This document shows positions 49,967 through 61,521 of a DNA stretch of 64,000 nt, piece by piece. Each line of letters starts with the position of its first letter. The first letter of the stretch is position 1. Location: assembly GCA_013239625.1 (NCBI GenBank), contig MU053561.1:2682283-2746282 (forward strand), read 5' to 3'. A program made the translations under genes and the position numbers. Below the pieces are notes generated by a model. That model had not been told where the DNA came from, made no database searches, and saw only the letters and a list, made by a program, of their open reading frames with translations. Origin of the DNA: Lama guanicoe. Lineage: Eukaryota.

Positions 49967-50640
49967 TGAGCGTTTGCTGTGAGCCAGGCACTGTTCTAGA
50001 ATCTGGAGGTGGACAAAACAAGTAAAAATCTGTTCCTTCTTGAACCCATATGCTAGTGGAAGAGATAGCCAATGAGAAAGATAAATATGCAAATAATAAT
50101 AAAGCCAATAAGAGAAAATAAAGTAGAAAAGGGGAGTATAAAGTATGGGGAAATAGAGAAGGTTTGACTAGGGTGGCCAGGGAAGGCTCACTCAGAAGAT
50201 GATTTCTGAGATATGGACTAAGAGCAGTGGGGAGTAGCCATGTGGCTTCCTGGAGAAGTGTGTCCGGGGAGCAAACAGTCACTACTAAGGCCCTGAAGTG
50301 TTAGCGTGTCTGGGAGAGGCAAGAACCTCAGAGGTGAGTGTAACTGGGGCAGCGTGAACCAGGGCAAAGTGTCTGGGATGAGGTTAAGGGGCGGAGGGTG
50401 GTGCACAGCCATGTAGGAGAGACACAGTGGTGGTCTGGATCTAGGTGGTGTCCACAGCAATCGGCGAGGAAGAGTTGAACTCTGGATTCTTTGGAAAGTA
50501 TAGGTGATGATGGACTGAATTTTGTTTGGGAGAGAAAGAGAGGAGTCAAGTATAACACCAAGGTCTGAGTCACTGGAAAATGAAGATATCACTAACTGAG
50601 ATGAAGGATACTGTGCAAGGAGCTGCCTGAGGGAGAATAT
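49967..50640 (-). mobile_element. L2 fragment
   Basis: gagccaggcactgttctag...gtggccagggaaggctcactcagaag...gaggagtcaagtataacaccaaggt. Confidence 0.75.
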
Positions 50641-51443
50641 TTGGTGCTCTTTATTAATTTCCTAATTTGTGCCCTTCCCCCCTAGTTTGAGATGCCAATC
50701 ATGTGCCCAATTGGTTCCCAGGACACCTCACTCCATATATTGGTAATAGCAGGGAGTCCAAAGGGGGAAGCCAGTCTTTCCCCTTCTAAATCTGTAGCCA
50801 TCATTTTGTGCCTAGGGGTCCCAGAGTGCAAACAAGTGTCCAGTCCAGTTGGGCCTCTCTTAGTGTGCTCTCTGGGCAGAGAGATGCTGGCCACTCAGTA
50901 CAGCTCGGCCAACCTGGATCATATTCAAAACGTGGAAGCTGTGTGAAGTCCCTTCCTCTCGTATCAGCCACTGGTTCCTGGATGGCCTGCCTTGTCATGC
51001 AAAAAATATCTTTCTGAGAGCAAGCCCACTCACTAGAGTTATGCTCAGTGATGGATACTTTCAACCAAACTGCCAGGACTGCTCAGAAGAAAGATCCTGG
51101 GATCCCTCATTCTGTTGCTTCCCCGAAAGATCATAGGCATCTTATGGACACACAACAGCAGAGATTTGGACTAAGGAGAGAGATTGCCACAAGGTGACTC
51201 AGAAACCGGGTAGAAGAAAAGTTGAATCAGTGGTTGAGTCTCTCTGGTGGAAAGTAAGAATTTCAGGAACATGAAGCAATTCCAGAATCATTCAAGCCTG
51301 GAGAATAGTGGTTGTACCTGAGTCCAGTTCTCCGGATCCTCCCATGTGTGCTCTCCTAGTAGGCTCAGTCATGAGGACCTCACACCCTACCTGGTTTCAG
51401 CCAGTAAGGACAGAACAAATGAGTAATTCTCAGGGGTTATACT

Positions 51444-51913
51444 CAGGGGTGGGCTCTTGAATGTTTGACTGGCTCCCCTGGTGGCAGGGAGTATTGATTA
51501 ATAGAGTTTGCCGGTTCCCATGGTATGAATACGCTCACCATGACTGATTTCAAGCTACTAATGCGACGGCACTGAATGCAGAGTTGGGAATGCACAGTAG
51601 ATCACCGTTATGAAAAAATTTCCACCATTCAGCTGCAAGGGATGCAAATAACCTCCAGAGCATAGGTAATAGTAAAATGTGAGAAAATAATGAATAAGTG
51701 ATGGGTTTTGAGTATTTATTCTCTTTGTTTTTAATATAATAATTTAATTGAAAGTTTAATAAAATAATGTAATTTAATATGATAATTTAATGGAAACTTT
51801 ACATATTTAATATTTAGTAATGGCTATATTTAATGACTGGCTTGCAAAATTTCTGAAAAATTAACAGACAATTCTTGCAAGCCATTAAGAGCCAGCTACA
51901 GAACACCACTGGC
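51444..51913 (+). mobile_element. MER63-like (hAT-Blackjack) DNA transposon
   Basis: gatttcaagctac...gtgatgggttttgagtatttatt...gagccagctacagaacaccactgg terminus. Confidence 0.75.
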
Positions 51914-51944
51914 TTACAGCTCTTACCAGCCAACTCTTTTGTAG

Positions 51945-51969
51945 ACACACACACACACACACACACACA
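51945..51969. repeat. (AC)n microsatellite
   Basis: Read directly. Confidence 0.9.
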
Positions 51970-53159
51970 GAGTCACTTCCTGGTGTCAGGCTGGCCAAAT
52001 GTAGTAAGTTCAGGACTGGTGCCAACCTATGTCACCCGGTGGACCCATCTGACTTGTTGAAGATCTGGCCATCTGGTAAAGCTCTCCACCAAGGGCTAGG
52101 AATGCCTGTTGCTCTCTTGCCTCCTGGGACTTTATTGCCCAGCCCCTGAGTCATGCCACCGAGCGATATGCTCTAGACTTTGAACCTCAGGAAGCAGGGA
52201 CTTGGACTTTAATCCTTCCCCTCCCGGCAGGCACTGAATTCTCCTGGAGGCAAACAGGTCCTCCACTTCCAGAATGTCCAAATCTGTATATGAAAGAATG
52301 AGAAGGGTTTTTTACTAGGAAGGAGGTGAGAGAGAGGGAAGGAAAAAAAGAAAACAACCCTGCTACAAGTTCTCCCAAGAGAAAGGGCCCATTTGTCCTA
52401 CATTTCTACAACTAAAATAGGCTGTGAGTGACTTGGCACTGAGCAAGAAGAATCCACTTCAGAATGATTCTTCTACAAGACAACGGGTCCAACACGCCTA
52501 CATTTCTGTAAGCAACTGCAGGAAACCACTTCTGCACAGAAGGAGGAAGAGACACTTCAATGCCATTTTCTGTTCTTGACTATAGACAGAAGCATCTCCC
52601 ACTGCAGAAAGAAAAACCCAAATTTAATTTAGTGTATCCCTCCGGGGGGAGGGGGGAAGAAGCCTCTGGTCTCCCTCCCTCCCTCCTTCTTTTTGTCTTC
52701 TCCCCTCTACCACTTCCTTCCTTCTCTAAATATTTATGTAGTGCCTTTGTGAAAGCTTGCTACCAAGCGTTATGAATGCCAAGAGGAGTCAGAGGAGAAT
52801 CCATCCTTGTTCCCCTTCAATTCTTTCTCTGCAAATCTGCTGAAGTGCTCTTTGAAAAATGCGGATCAAAAGGTAACTCAATTATTTTCCTTCTCATTTC
52901 TATTCCATTCCCTTCTCTTCTTTTCTCTTCCTGTCTTTGAAAAACATTTATTGGCTTCCTCCTCCTTTGTTTTCATCAAAAAATCTGAACGAGGTAGGTA
53001 GCCAGTTTGGAGGATGCAGGCTTGAGGAAGGGTGAGCCAGGAGGCCTGACCTCATGGTGAAAGAGATCGGCTACACAGAGGTAGACTGAGATGGTGGGAA
53101 CAGGTTTTTCCCTGTTGGAGAAGAGAGGCATAAATACGGCAAGGGGGAAAGAGAGATGG

Positions 53160-53770
53160 ACTACATGGTGTTGTATTGAAACGAGCTATCAGGGAAAACT
53201 ACGGTCTAGGTTCGTAGATAGATGGATAGATAAATGAAAAGAGATGCATGTGTGTGTATACATGCACACATATATTTTCCAGCTCTGTCCAGTGGAAGAA
53301 TCTAGGATGACTGATACCCCAAAGAGCAACAAGTATACTTGGTGCTCAGATCTTGGTTCTCAATACCACTCCCTGCTACAAGGAATCTTGGTTTCCTTGG
53401 ACAAATGGTTGATTCCAGGGCTGGGGCAGGGAAAGAACAAGATGGACCTGGAACATCTTTTTTTTTTTTTTCTGAAAGTCTACTTTTACTTTTTTTTTTT
53501 TAACATTTTTTATTGATTTATAATCATTTTGCAATGTTGTGTCAGGACCTGGAACATCTTGTACTAGCAGGTAAAGAATTTCTCCAGGAGTGATGAAGAT
53601 GTGTCCAAAGGACACAGAAACCATTTTGAGGGGGCTTCTATTGATCAAATCTGGGACAATTTGAGGATCAAAATGAATAGTGATAACCCACTGAGTAAAA
53701 TAGCCTATGAGTCCATACACATATAATGGTATTAGAAAGTCACCATTTGGCAATCATCAGTGTAATAATT
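53160..53770 (+). mobile_element. Old L1MC-type 3' UTR fragment (host of the 85-bp insertion)
   Basis: gattccagggctggggcagggaaa...atctgggacaatttgaggatcaaaatgaatagtgat resembles the L1MC3/4 3' region. Confidence 0.65.
53460..53544 (-). mobile_element. 85-bp very young L1 insertion with two poly(A) tracts
   Basis: 43 nt of L1 3' end with AATAAA, then A12, an 18-nt unique spacer and a second A tract; perfect 16-bp TSD ggacctggaacatctt at 53444-53459 and 53545-53560. Confidence 0.88.
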
Positions 53771-55799
53771 TAGTAAGGAACAATGAGTGGTGGTGAATGT
53801 GGGTAACAGTGGGGTGAGGAAGGGGCCCATGGGGTACCCCCTCCATTGTCTGGGCACTCCTGGGTCAGCGTGGGTGGCAGGGCCCAGGCAAGGGTCCTTC
53901 TGAGTCACACCTGCATGTCTGGCCTGGGTGCACACCTCTCTCTGTCTCCTTGGCTTTGTCTCTTTCCTTATTGCTCATGATCTTTGTAATTCACAAGCTT
54001 GGACTAAATTTTATGGAAAGATTTAAAAAATATTCCTTGGAATTAAGCACCATGTTGTAATATCTTTAATAGAGTAATGATAAAATAACAACTAATGTTG
54101 ATTTCACATGTGTTCTCCCATTTAATCCTTACAACAATCCTTCCATGGAGGACTGTTCTCAGCCACACTCTACACATGAGGACACTGGGGTCCAAAGACA
54201 TGAAATAATAACTTAGTGAGAAAGAAGTGCTGGCTTATAAATTCTGATAATATGACTGAAGGTGGCGGGCCGCGGATAAGGGTCAGGCCCCAGGTAGGCC
54301 CCACAAAGATCAAGTTTAAGCAGCTAAGGTTGACGTTGACCTGCCAATGGAACTCATGCCCACTCAGCTACGGGCACTTGTTTTCCAGTGACAGTCACAT
54401 CTCCAAATGTCAGTTTTCTGTCCTGCCTCTACTCAGAATGGCTATGCTACCTCAACAGGGGGAGTGGTTGGAAGCAGGAGGGTTTGGTGAGGGGGCCAGC
54501 AGGAGACGTCAGTCCAGGTGCAGGCAATAAGGAGCATATTAGTCTGTAGAGAGTTGAAAAATAATAATAAAACCAACTAAAAGCCACCTGGTTTGAATTA
54601 TCACCATGCACCATGGCGATTCTAAATAATGTCATTGACAAAATGCTCCTTCCAGCCAAGGGCTGACTCCTCCACCTTCTGCACCTTAAAATGCCCCCTG
54701 GTTCTATGAGCTTCATCTTACCAGATAATAAGCTTTATCCAGTTTTGATTTCCCAGAATTTGCATTGCCTTGCTGTAATAGATGCTCAATAAACGTTAAA
54801 TCGGGGGAAAAAAAAACCCCAAACCATAAACTTGACCTCAGATGTGTATGTTGTGTCCCTTTAAAACTGGGCTGGAGATCCCGCCCCCAAGGCTTGCCTG
54901 GGTGTCACCTATCACAAAGGAAACTTGAGGCAACACAGGCCCACTCTGTTAAAACACAGAGGAAAATTGAAGCAATCACCCAAGATCTGGAGGCACAGTT
55001 GGAGATTTGCCTGAATGATACAGACAGCTGCCTTCATTTTTCACTCTGCATTGGCAGTGGCTATCAGGCACGCCACCAAGTGATTTTATTCATATATTTT
55101 ATTTCCTTTTTCTGGAAAACCAGTGAAAGTCACCTCATAATTCAGAATATTAAAGGATCCATTAGTCCTAGTTGGGCTTGGGATCCTAAGGGAAGCTAAG
55201 TGCTTAGGAAACCCTCCTCCTACTGCACAGACACCCTCCAAACTCTCAAATTACCCAAACCAGCTCATAATTGGGACCAGCTGGCCCGATGAGAGAAGAG
55301 GCCCCTGCACCAAGCCAGGAATCATATTACAAATTTCATCCCTAGAAAGGAGCTCGGAGTTGGTTTTGTTCCATGAAGGGTTAAGATGTGGGAGGTCAAA
55401 GGAATAGTCCTTAGGAGCTGGAGCTTAAGTTGGCAGAATAGACCCTGAATGTAAAGGGCGCTCACACTGGCAACCGCAGGCCCCCGATCTGTCGAGGACA
55501 ACGTGAGTTGGGAAAAACTGAGCTGACTGCACAGGGCTACAGCATCAGCTGAATTTCACTTTAGATTTTCTCTTTCCAGAGTTGGTGTAACTGATTTGTA
55601 TCCTGCCCAATAGCATTCCTTTTCCCCGAGTTATTCCCACTCAGCTTGGGAGTATAGACCTTTCCATCTGTGCACCAGGAATAGGGAGGATTTTAAATGA
55701 GTGGTGTCTGGGACACCTGGTATCTCCTGAGCTCAAGTGTTTCTTGAGACCCGCTTTCTCCTGCTTTCTTGCTAGGCAACCAGAGCCTGGGCTCTGTAC

Positions 55800-56210
55800 C
55801 CCAACCTCACTCTAGTCTGAGCCAGAACTACAGCTCTGCTCTTGGAGAGCAGCTCACAAGGCGTGTCCTCCCAGCCCTGGCACCGGGTTCTCCAGCCTGG
55901 ACCAGGAATCCGGAGGAAACGAAACAAGCCCTTGGAGTGAGTGCACTCGTGTTCCGTAGATTCAAGTGGCAGCAATGGCGGTTAGTGGCTGGTGGCTGCG
56001 GTGTTGATGGCACTGTCCCAACTGAGTGTTGTGACCTTGGCTGTCTTCCCTGGTGCCAATCTCCTTTGGTTCTTGCCCGTTGGCTGAGCCAGATTCTCCG
56101 GGCTTCCTGTCAATTCTGTTAACTACTTGATGGCTTTCCAATAAATTTTTTTTTTCCTGCTTAACAGAGTCAATTTCTGGTGTCAGGAACCAAGAACCCT
56201 GACTGGTACA
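55800..56210 (+). mobile_element. ERVL-class LTR (LTR40/41-like)
   Basis: gctttccaataaattttt...ctgcttaa...aaccaagaaccctgactggtaca 3' terminus with poly(A) signal. Confidence 0.55.
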
Positions 56211-56888
56211 GCATCTGTCCTCCCAAGACTTGGGAAGCAGACACTGGCCCTTAAGAGGGAAGAGGAGAGAGAAAAGAAAGCAGGACCAGAGAATAAGGAA
56301 AGGGAATTAGACATGAGAAGAGGCTGAGGTGTCGTGGGAGTGCGGGGCGGAGGCAGGAGAGCCACAGAGGAGGGAACATGGGGGAGAGGAGAAAGGGAAG
56401 GAATTGGCAGGTGAGGTGGAACAGCCTAGAAGCGGTCATTCACCTTGTTAATGCTTGCAATAGGAGCCTGGAAGGAAATTGCCAAGTGGCCTCCCTGAGG
56501 TATTTCTACATTTCTATTTCTGGCAGACAATGTGCTTTAGATGGTTTATGGGACTGTTTCAGGAACAACCGTTCCTTGATTTGGGTTTGCTTCTGGAGAT
56601 ACATGGAGGTGTTTGCTTTTACCTCATACATTCATCAAACGTGCTGCATGCTTGGAAGCCCACAGATACATGGGCATGCATATGCATACGGTGATATGAT
56701 AAATCTATGCATGAGAAAAATGCGTCTTGGAATAATGTAGGTGGGGAAATTTTATGTAACAAGCCTATTTAATATCTCAAAGGGAAAACATTACTTACTA
56801 TGCCATATTAGCATATCATCCATCTTACTGGGAAGACAGAATGAAGAATATTTAACAATTAATAGAAATCATAGGAAAAATTATGATT

Positions 56889-56907
56889 AAGTGCCATCTG
56901 CTGGCTT
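56889..56907 (-). promoter_or_regulatory. Candidate CTCF binding site
   Basis: Minus strand reads AAGCCAGCAGATGGCACTT, matching the CTCF core CC(A/G)(C/G)(C/T)AG(A/G)(G/T)GGC(A/G)(C/G) at every position, in apparently non-repeat DNA. Confidence 0.6.
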
Positions 56908-57974
56908 CTGTGAGTTTTATTTTTATGCAGCGTCAAGCCTGTCCTCATAAATATTGCCCGTCTCTTGCTGGGGGTGAACTCGCTCGTTCCATATTTGGCC
57001 TATTAACGAAAGACTCGTTTGTGGATTTGGACATGTGTGTGGATGTGTGAATGTGGATGTGTGTGTGTCTGTCAATGAAACTAATTTGGGAGAACAAATT
57101 CACCCTACAAAAATCCATTTTCCTCTAAATTCTGATTTGAGAGAACAGGCTAGGGTTGATTTTAAAATTCTGTTTTTGTAGCAGATTGCAAAAGCTCTGT
57201 GTGCTTAGCATGTGTATAGAGGGGGAAGGCAGGGGGATGGTTCTTTGAAAAGTGACTTCTCTCTTCCATTTCACTGCTCTCCTCTGAGAATGGATATGGT
57301 TTGCATCTCAAAAGTTCCGTCTAGCTTATGGCAGGTGAGAAATTTCCATGTCTCATTTTTTTTTTTTTTTGATGACATTGCAACAAGCAAGCTTCTCATC
57401 GTTCAGAAGTTAGTGGAAAGGGAGACAGGTTCCATTTGAGTATATTTGACCTCTTCCCCTGTGTCTAGTTCTGGAGGCTGGGCTGGAAGTGCTCGGCAGG
57501 AAATAGGTCTTGCTGTTAGTAAATTACCATGACTTGTGTTTACATGGTGAATCAACAGGCCCAGGTCAGCTCTCCTCTCCAAGCAGACCCTTGAGTTGAT
57601 GATTTATCAGCGTAACTCACGTTTCAGATCCATTGTCAGCCTGTGATTTATGAGATTGATTGTCAGGACTTCCTAAGTAATAATAGTTACCACTAACTGA
57701 GTGCTCACTCTGTACTAGAATCTGTGACAGACGATTTAGAAATATATAAATGCATGTTTAAAATAGTTATAGATTCAAATATTTACATAATTGAAATTAG
57801 CTTTAGAATTTCAACAATACGTAATGTCAAGCAAGTGTCCTTTATTATTTTAGTGTTATATTTGATCCATAAAGAGTATAGGTAATATACGTGTTGTTAC
57901 ATATAATAATAAAATGAATAAATGAGCCTGTCACATGACTCAAGATGAGCACCAGAACATCACCAGTGCTGCTA

Positions 57975-58110
57975 CCTTGCGGTAGATTCTTTATGTGCGT
58001 TAGTTCCATTTCTCACTGTTATGTCATAGATGTTATTCTCCCCACTTTACAGATTAGTAAATTGAGGCTCAGAAAGATAAAGCAACTTCTTAATCACACA
58101 CGGCTGGTAG
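57975..58110 (-). mobile_element. MIR SINE
   Basis: ccccactttacagattagtaaattgaggctcagaaagataaagcaactt. Confidence 0.7.
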
Positions 58111-58259
58111 GTAGGAGTGTCAGTCTGGTAGACATTATCAGGGTTCAGCAATATCCACTTCTCCCTCCCTGTCTGGGGGCAGGGCAGCCTCCTCCTCCCA
58201 GCCCCATTACAGGAGCACCAGGCCACTAGCTCTGCCCACGGGCATGTGAATGTGTCCCT

Positions 58260-59127
58260 CCTGGGCTGAGGCAACATAATATTCCTGAGAGATTGTCCCA
58301 GCTCTCTCCTCCCTGGTGTGGCAAATTCTGTTAGTGCTCGACCTACATCCGCCTGGTGCTCCCCCTTACCGTTGGCACCAATGCTTCTTCCCATAGTCAC
58401 CTGCAACTCTTTGCCCAAGTGGTCCAGGCAGGTGGGAACTGCCTGCAGGAGTGACCTTGCATAATGACACACAGGATTTGGTGGATAAACACCACCTCTT
58501 CTTTGCCCCTGGGAGTGGGACAACTCCGGGCAAGTTCTATTCCGTCTTGTACGGTTCTCCAGCAGCATCCTGTTCCTTAAAGCACTCTGCATTAATTTCC
58601 TTTCCTCCCCCGCCTCCCTTCCATATGCCCACACAAGCTAGTTGTGCTCACATCTTGGGCTGAATATCGGCCTCTGGAAGGGAACCCAAGCGGAGTACCT
58701 TGGTGTGTGTTCTGAGGAAGCAGCCACTACGTGATGTGGATCCTCTGCCGTGGTTGCTCTGTCGTACACTGTCCACGCCCCTTCCAGGAAAGACTTACCG
58801 CCCCAGGGGCTGGAGTGCTGCCCACAGACAGCCTTCTGTGGTCAGTCCCTGTAAGGATCCCCTCGCCCGTGGTCCACCCCCGGCTGACACGGAGTTATAA
58901 GGATCCAGCCATCTTGACCCAACCTGGGGTGGCTCTAAAGGCTGTTCACTCTAGGAGACCCCCGCGGGTTAGGCCACGGCCGTTGCTGGGCCTGCACTGC
59001 GTGTCAGCTCCACCCTCCGCACAGCCCTCTTTTCTGCTTCCATTTTTCATAGGTGTTGATCCCTAACAACCCCCTGCATGTCGATGTCCTTTCCCAGCCT
59101 GCTTTGCTGAGACCCCAACCTGCCACA
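58260..59127 (+). mobile_element. LTR16-like ERVL LTR sequence (probably two adjacent copies) nested in an MLT1 LTR
   Basis: The termini gaagggaacccaag (~58690) and aggtgttgatccctaacaacc...ctgagaccccaacctgccaca (59127) resemble LTR16 3' ends; MLT1-like flanks at ~58120-58255 and ~59130-59270. Confidence 0.5.
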
Positions 59128-59589
59128 TGCCACCAGTATGGGTCTGAGGACTCAGCAGAGCAGGAGCCTGTCCCCAGGGTGGTGTGTACTGTGAGTGAGA
59201 CTAGCCCTTTGTTGTGTTAAACTGAGGCTATTTCAGGGTTAATTTGTGAGCACAGGATAACACGTGACCTTAAATGTATCCGCCTCCCCTGCCTGCATTC
59301 TTTCCAGGGGTCATTCCTCCCCTAGGTGTGGCTGGCGATTCTAACATCTCCATGCATCTTAACTGCATTCTGGCTCTTCTCATGTACGTCCTTTGACCTT
59401 CTTAATTGTCTGAGAGACTTCTGAGGCTGGCTACGTAGGTCTAAACGTGAGGTTTCAGAGGGCTTAAGTGGCGCATCTTAGCGTCATGCCCAGGGTGGGG
59501 ACTTAGAGGCAGTGCAGTGCCCTAGATCCAGAAGACAGGAGGGTGTGACTGGTGCTTCTTAACACACGGCACATGTTAATTCCACACAC

Positions 59590-60960
59590 CTTTTTAAAGC
59601 ATTTCCTGTGTCCCATACACTGAGGACATGAAGATGGGTAGGAAACAGCCCTTGTTGTCAGCTTGTCAGGGAGATAGGCAGGTAAGCTAGGACTTGCAAT
59701 GCACTGTTTGAAGTAAACATAACCCCTGCAGAGAGGGGCCCAGGAAATCCACAAAAGGAATTTAGGGCTGGCATCATTAAAGAATCAAAGGAGCTCACCA
59801 GTGGAGTAAGTGCAGGAAAGATGATTCCAAGCAGACAGAACAGTCTATGCAAACACACAGAGACATGAAAAGTAAGAAAGCTGGTTGATAGGAGCAGAAG
59901 TGTGAGGTCAGAGGAGGGTGTGGAAGGTCAGGCCCTTGGAACCCATTGGGCCTTTTGACCTGATTATGCAGGTCAAAAGAGTTTATGGTACCAGAATTTA
60001 CTTTTTAGGAAGAAGATAGGAGTCCTAATGTTTATTGAGGAATTAGCATGTGCTACACATTTTACATAGATTTCCTCATTTATTCCTTATAAGAGCCTTA
60101 TAAGATAAAAAGCATTACCATCATTTATGGATTATTGTGCTTATTGGAAAAGCTACCTCTAGGGGGATAAACTAGAATGCACAGAGCCTGGTGGCAGGGA
60201 GAATAGGAATTATGTGACACTGGGGCAAGAAATGTCAAGGCCCTGAGCTAAGGGGCAGCAGAGGGAAGGAAAGAAAAGTTCAGGTGTCTGAGCTGTTTCT
60301 ATGGACTTGCTGCTTGATTGGCTGGAAGGCCCCATTCACCATGGAGAGGGATGGCTGGAAGGGCAGGTTCATGGGGGACCATGTTGCATTTGAGGTTCCT
60401 GCTGATGTCCAGGTTGAGATTTCTATTGAAGACTTGGATTTGGAGACCAGGAGGAAGGCCTGGAGTGAGACTATAGATTTGGGACTTTCTCCCTGTAGAT
60501 GGTAAATGAGGACACAGCAAGTTGAGTGATAGAAAGAGCTTGTGCACTAGAGAGGAACAACCCTGGCATTAAATCCCAACTCCATTACTTACTGATGGCA
60601 TGTATGTATGACCTTAAGCAAATTCATCTGTGACCTCAGTTTCCTCATTTGTAAACTTGGGGATGATAATGCTGACCTCATAGAGTTATAATAAGCATTT
60701 AGAATGCCTAGTAGAATATCTAGAATGTAATAAGTGGTCAGTAAAAGGTAACTATTATTGGATGAGGTGAAGAAATTGCAATGGGGGGGCATATACAATG
60801 AAAAGGAAGCAGGTGAGGCTGGAACCCTGGAGGACAGCAACCATCCAGGGGTAGGCAAAGGAGCAAAAGCCAGCAAAGGGCAAGAAAGAGGTGCTGAAGA
60901 ATTAAAAGATAGAAGCATCCTGAAAGCAAAGGAAAAAGGTCCTTTCAAGAAGGAGATGGA
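59590..60960 (-). mobile_element. Fragmented L2 interrupted by MIRs (~60020-60130 minus, ~60565-60745 plus)
   Basis: gatgattccaagcagacagaacagtctatgcaaa; ttgcatttgaggttcctg...gtccaggttgagat; MIR core cctcagtttcctcatttgtaaa at ~60633. Confidence 0.65.
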
Positions 60961-61019
60961 TTTGCTGGTACCAATACCTAGATGACATCCAAGGGAAAAA
61001 AAATACAATGGCAAATACA

Positions 61020-61400
61020 TACATCATTACAGAAATGCAGATTAAAATGATAACGAGATACTATCCTTGCCATTAGATCGGTAAAGATGATAAAGTTTCG
61101 CAATACCCAGTGTTGGCCAAAGTGTGGGAAACAGATGCTCCCAGACACTATGGCAGTGTACGTTCAGGTCATTTTTTAAAGAGCAGTTTGTCAAAATACA
61201 TTCAGATTATGAAGGCACATGTTCTTGACCCAGGCATTGCACTTCTAAGAGTTTGCAACAAACTCATAAGCATACAAAGACCTATCTTCAATGATATTAA
61301 TGATCACATTGGTTAACACAGCCAGAGAAAACTAGAAGCAACCTAAATGTCCATCAAAAAGGGATTGGTTAAGTAAAACTTACATCCTTACAACTCAGCT
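61020..61400 (+). mobile_element. Old L1ME-type ORF2 C-terminal fragment
   Basis: gaaatgcagattaaaatgataacgagatac...ttgacccaggcattgcacttctaag...gaagcaacctaaatgtccatcaa. Confidence 0.7.
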
Positions 61401-61480
61401 GGGGACTTCGGGAGAAGGTAAGTGTTGCAATGGGGATGCAGAGGCCTTGGAACAGGCTTGGGCTGGAATTACTGAGACTC

Positions 61481-61521
61481 TGTGTGTGGTGTGTGTGTGG
61501 TGTGTGTGTGTGTGTGTGTGT
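61481..61521. repeat. Interrupted (TG)n microsatellite
   Basis: Read directly. Confidence 0.9.

Noticed and set aside
49743..50592. 179-aa and 124-aa hydrophobic ORFs
   Set aside because: They are derived from degraded L2 and MLT1 sequence and have no coding signature.
58047..59066. 195-aa and 111-aa ORFs as retroviral or novel genes
   Set aside because: They overlap MIR, MLT1 and LTR16-like non-coding repeats and show no gag, pol or env motifs.
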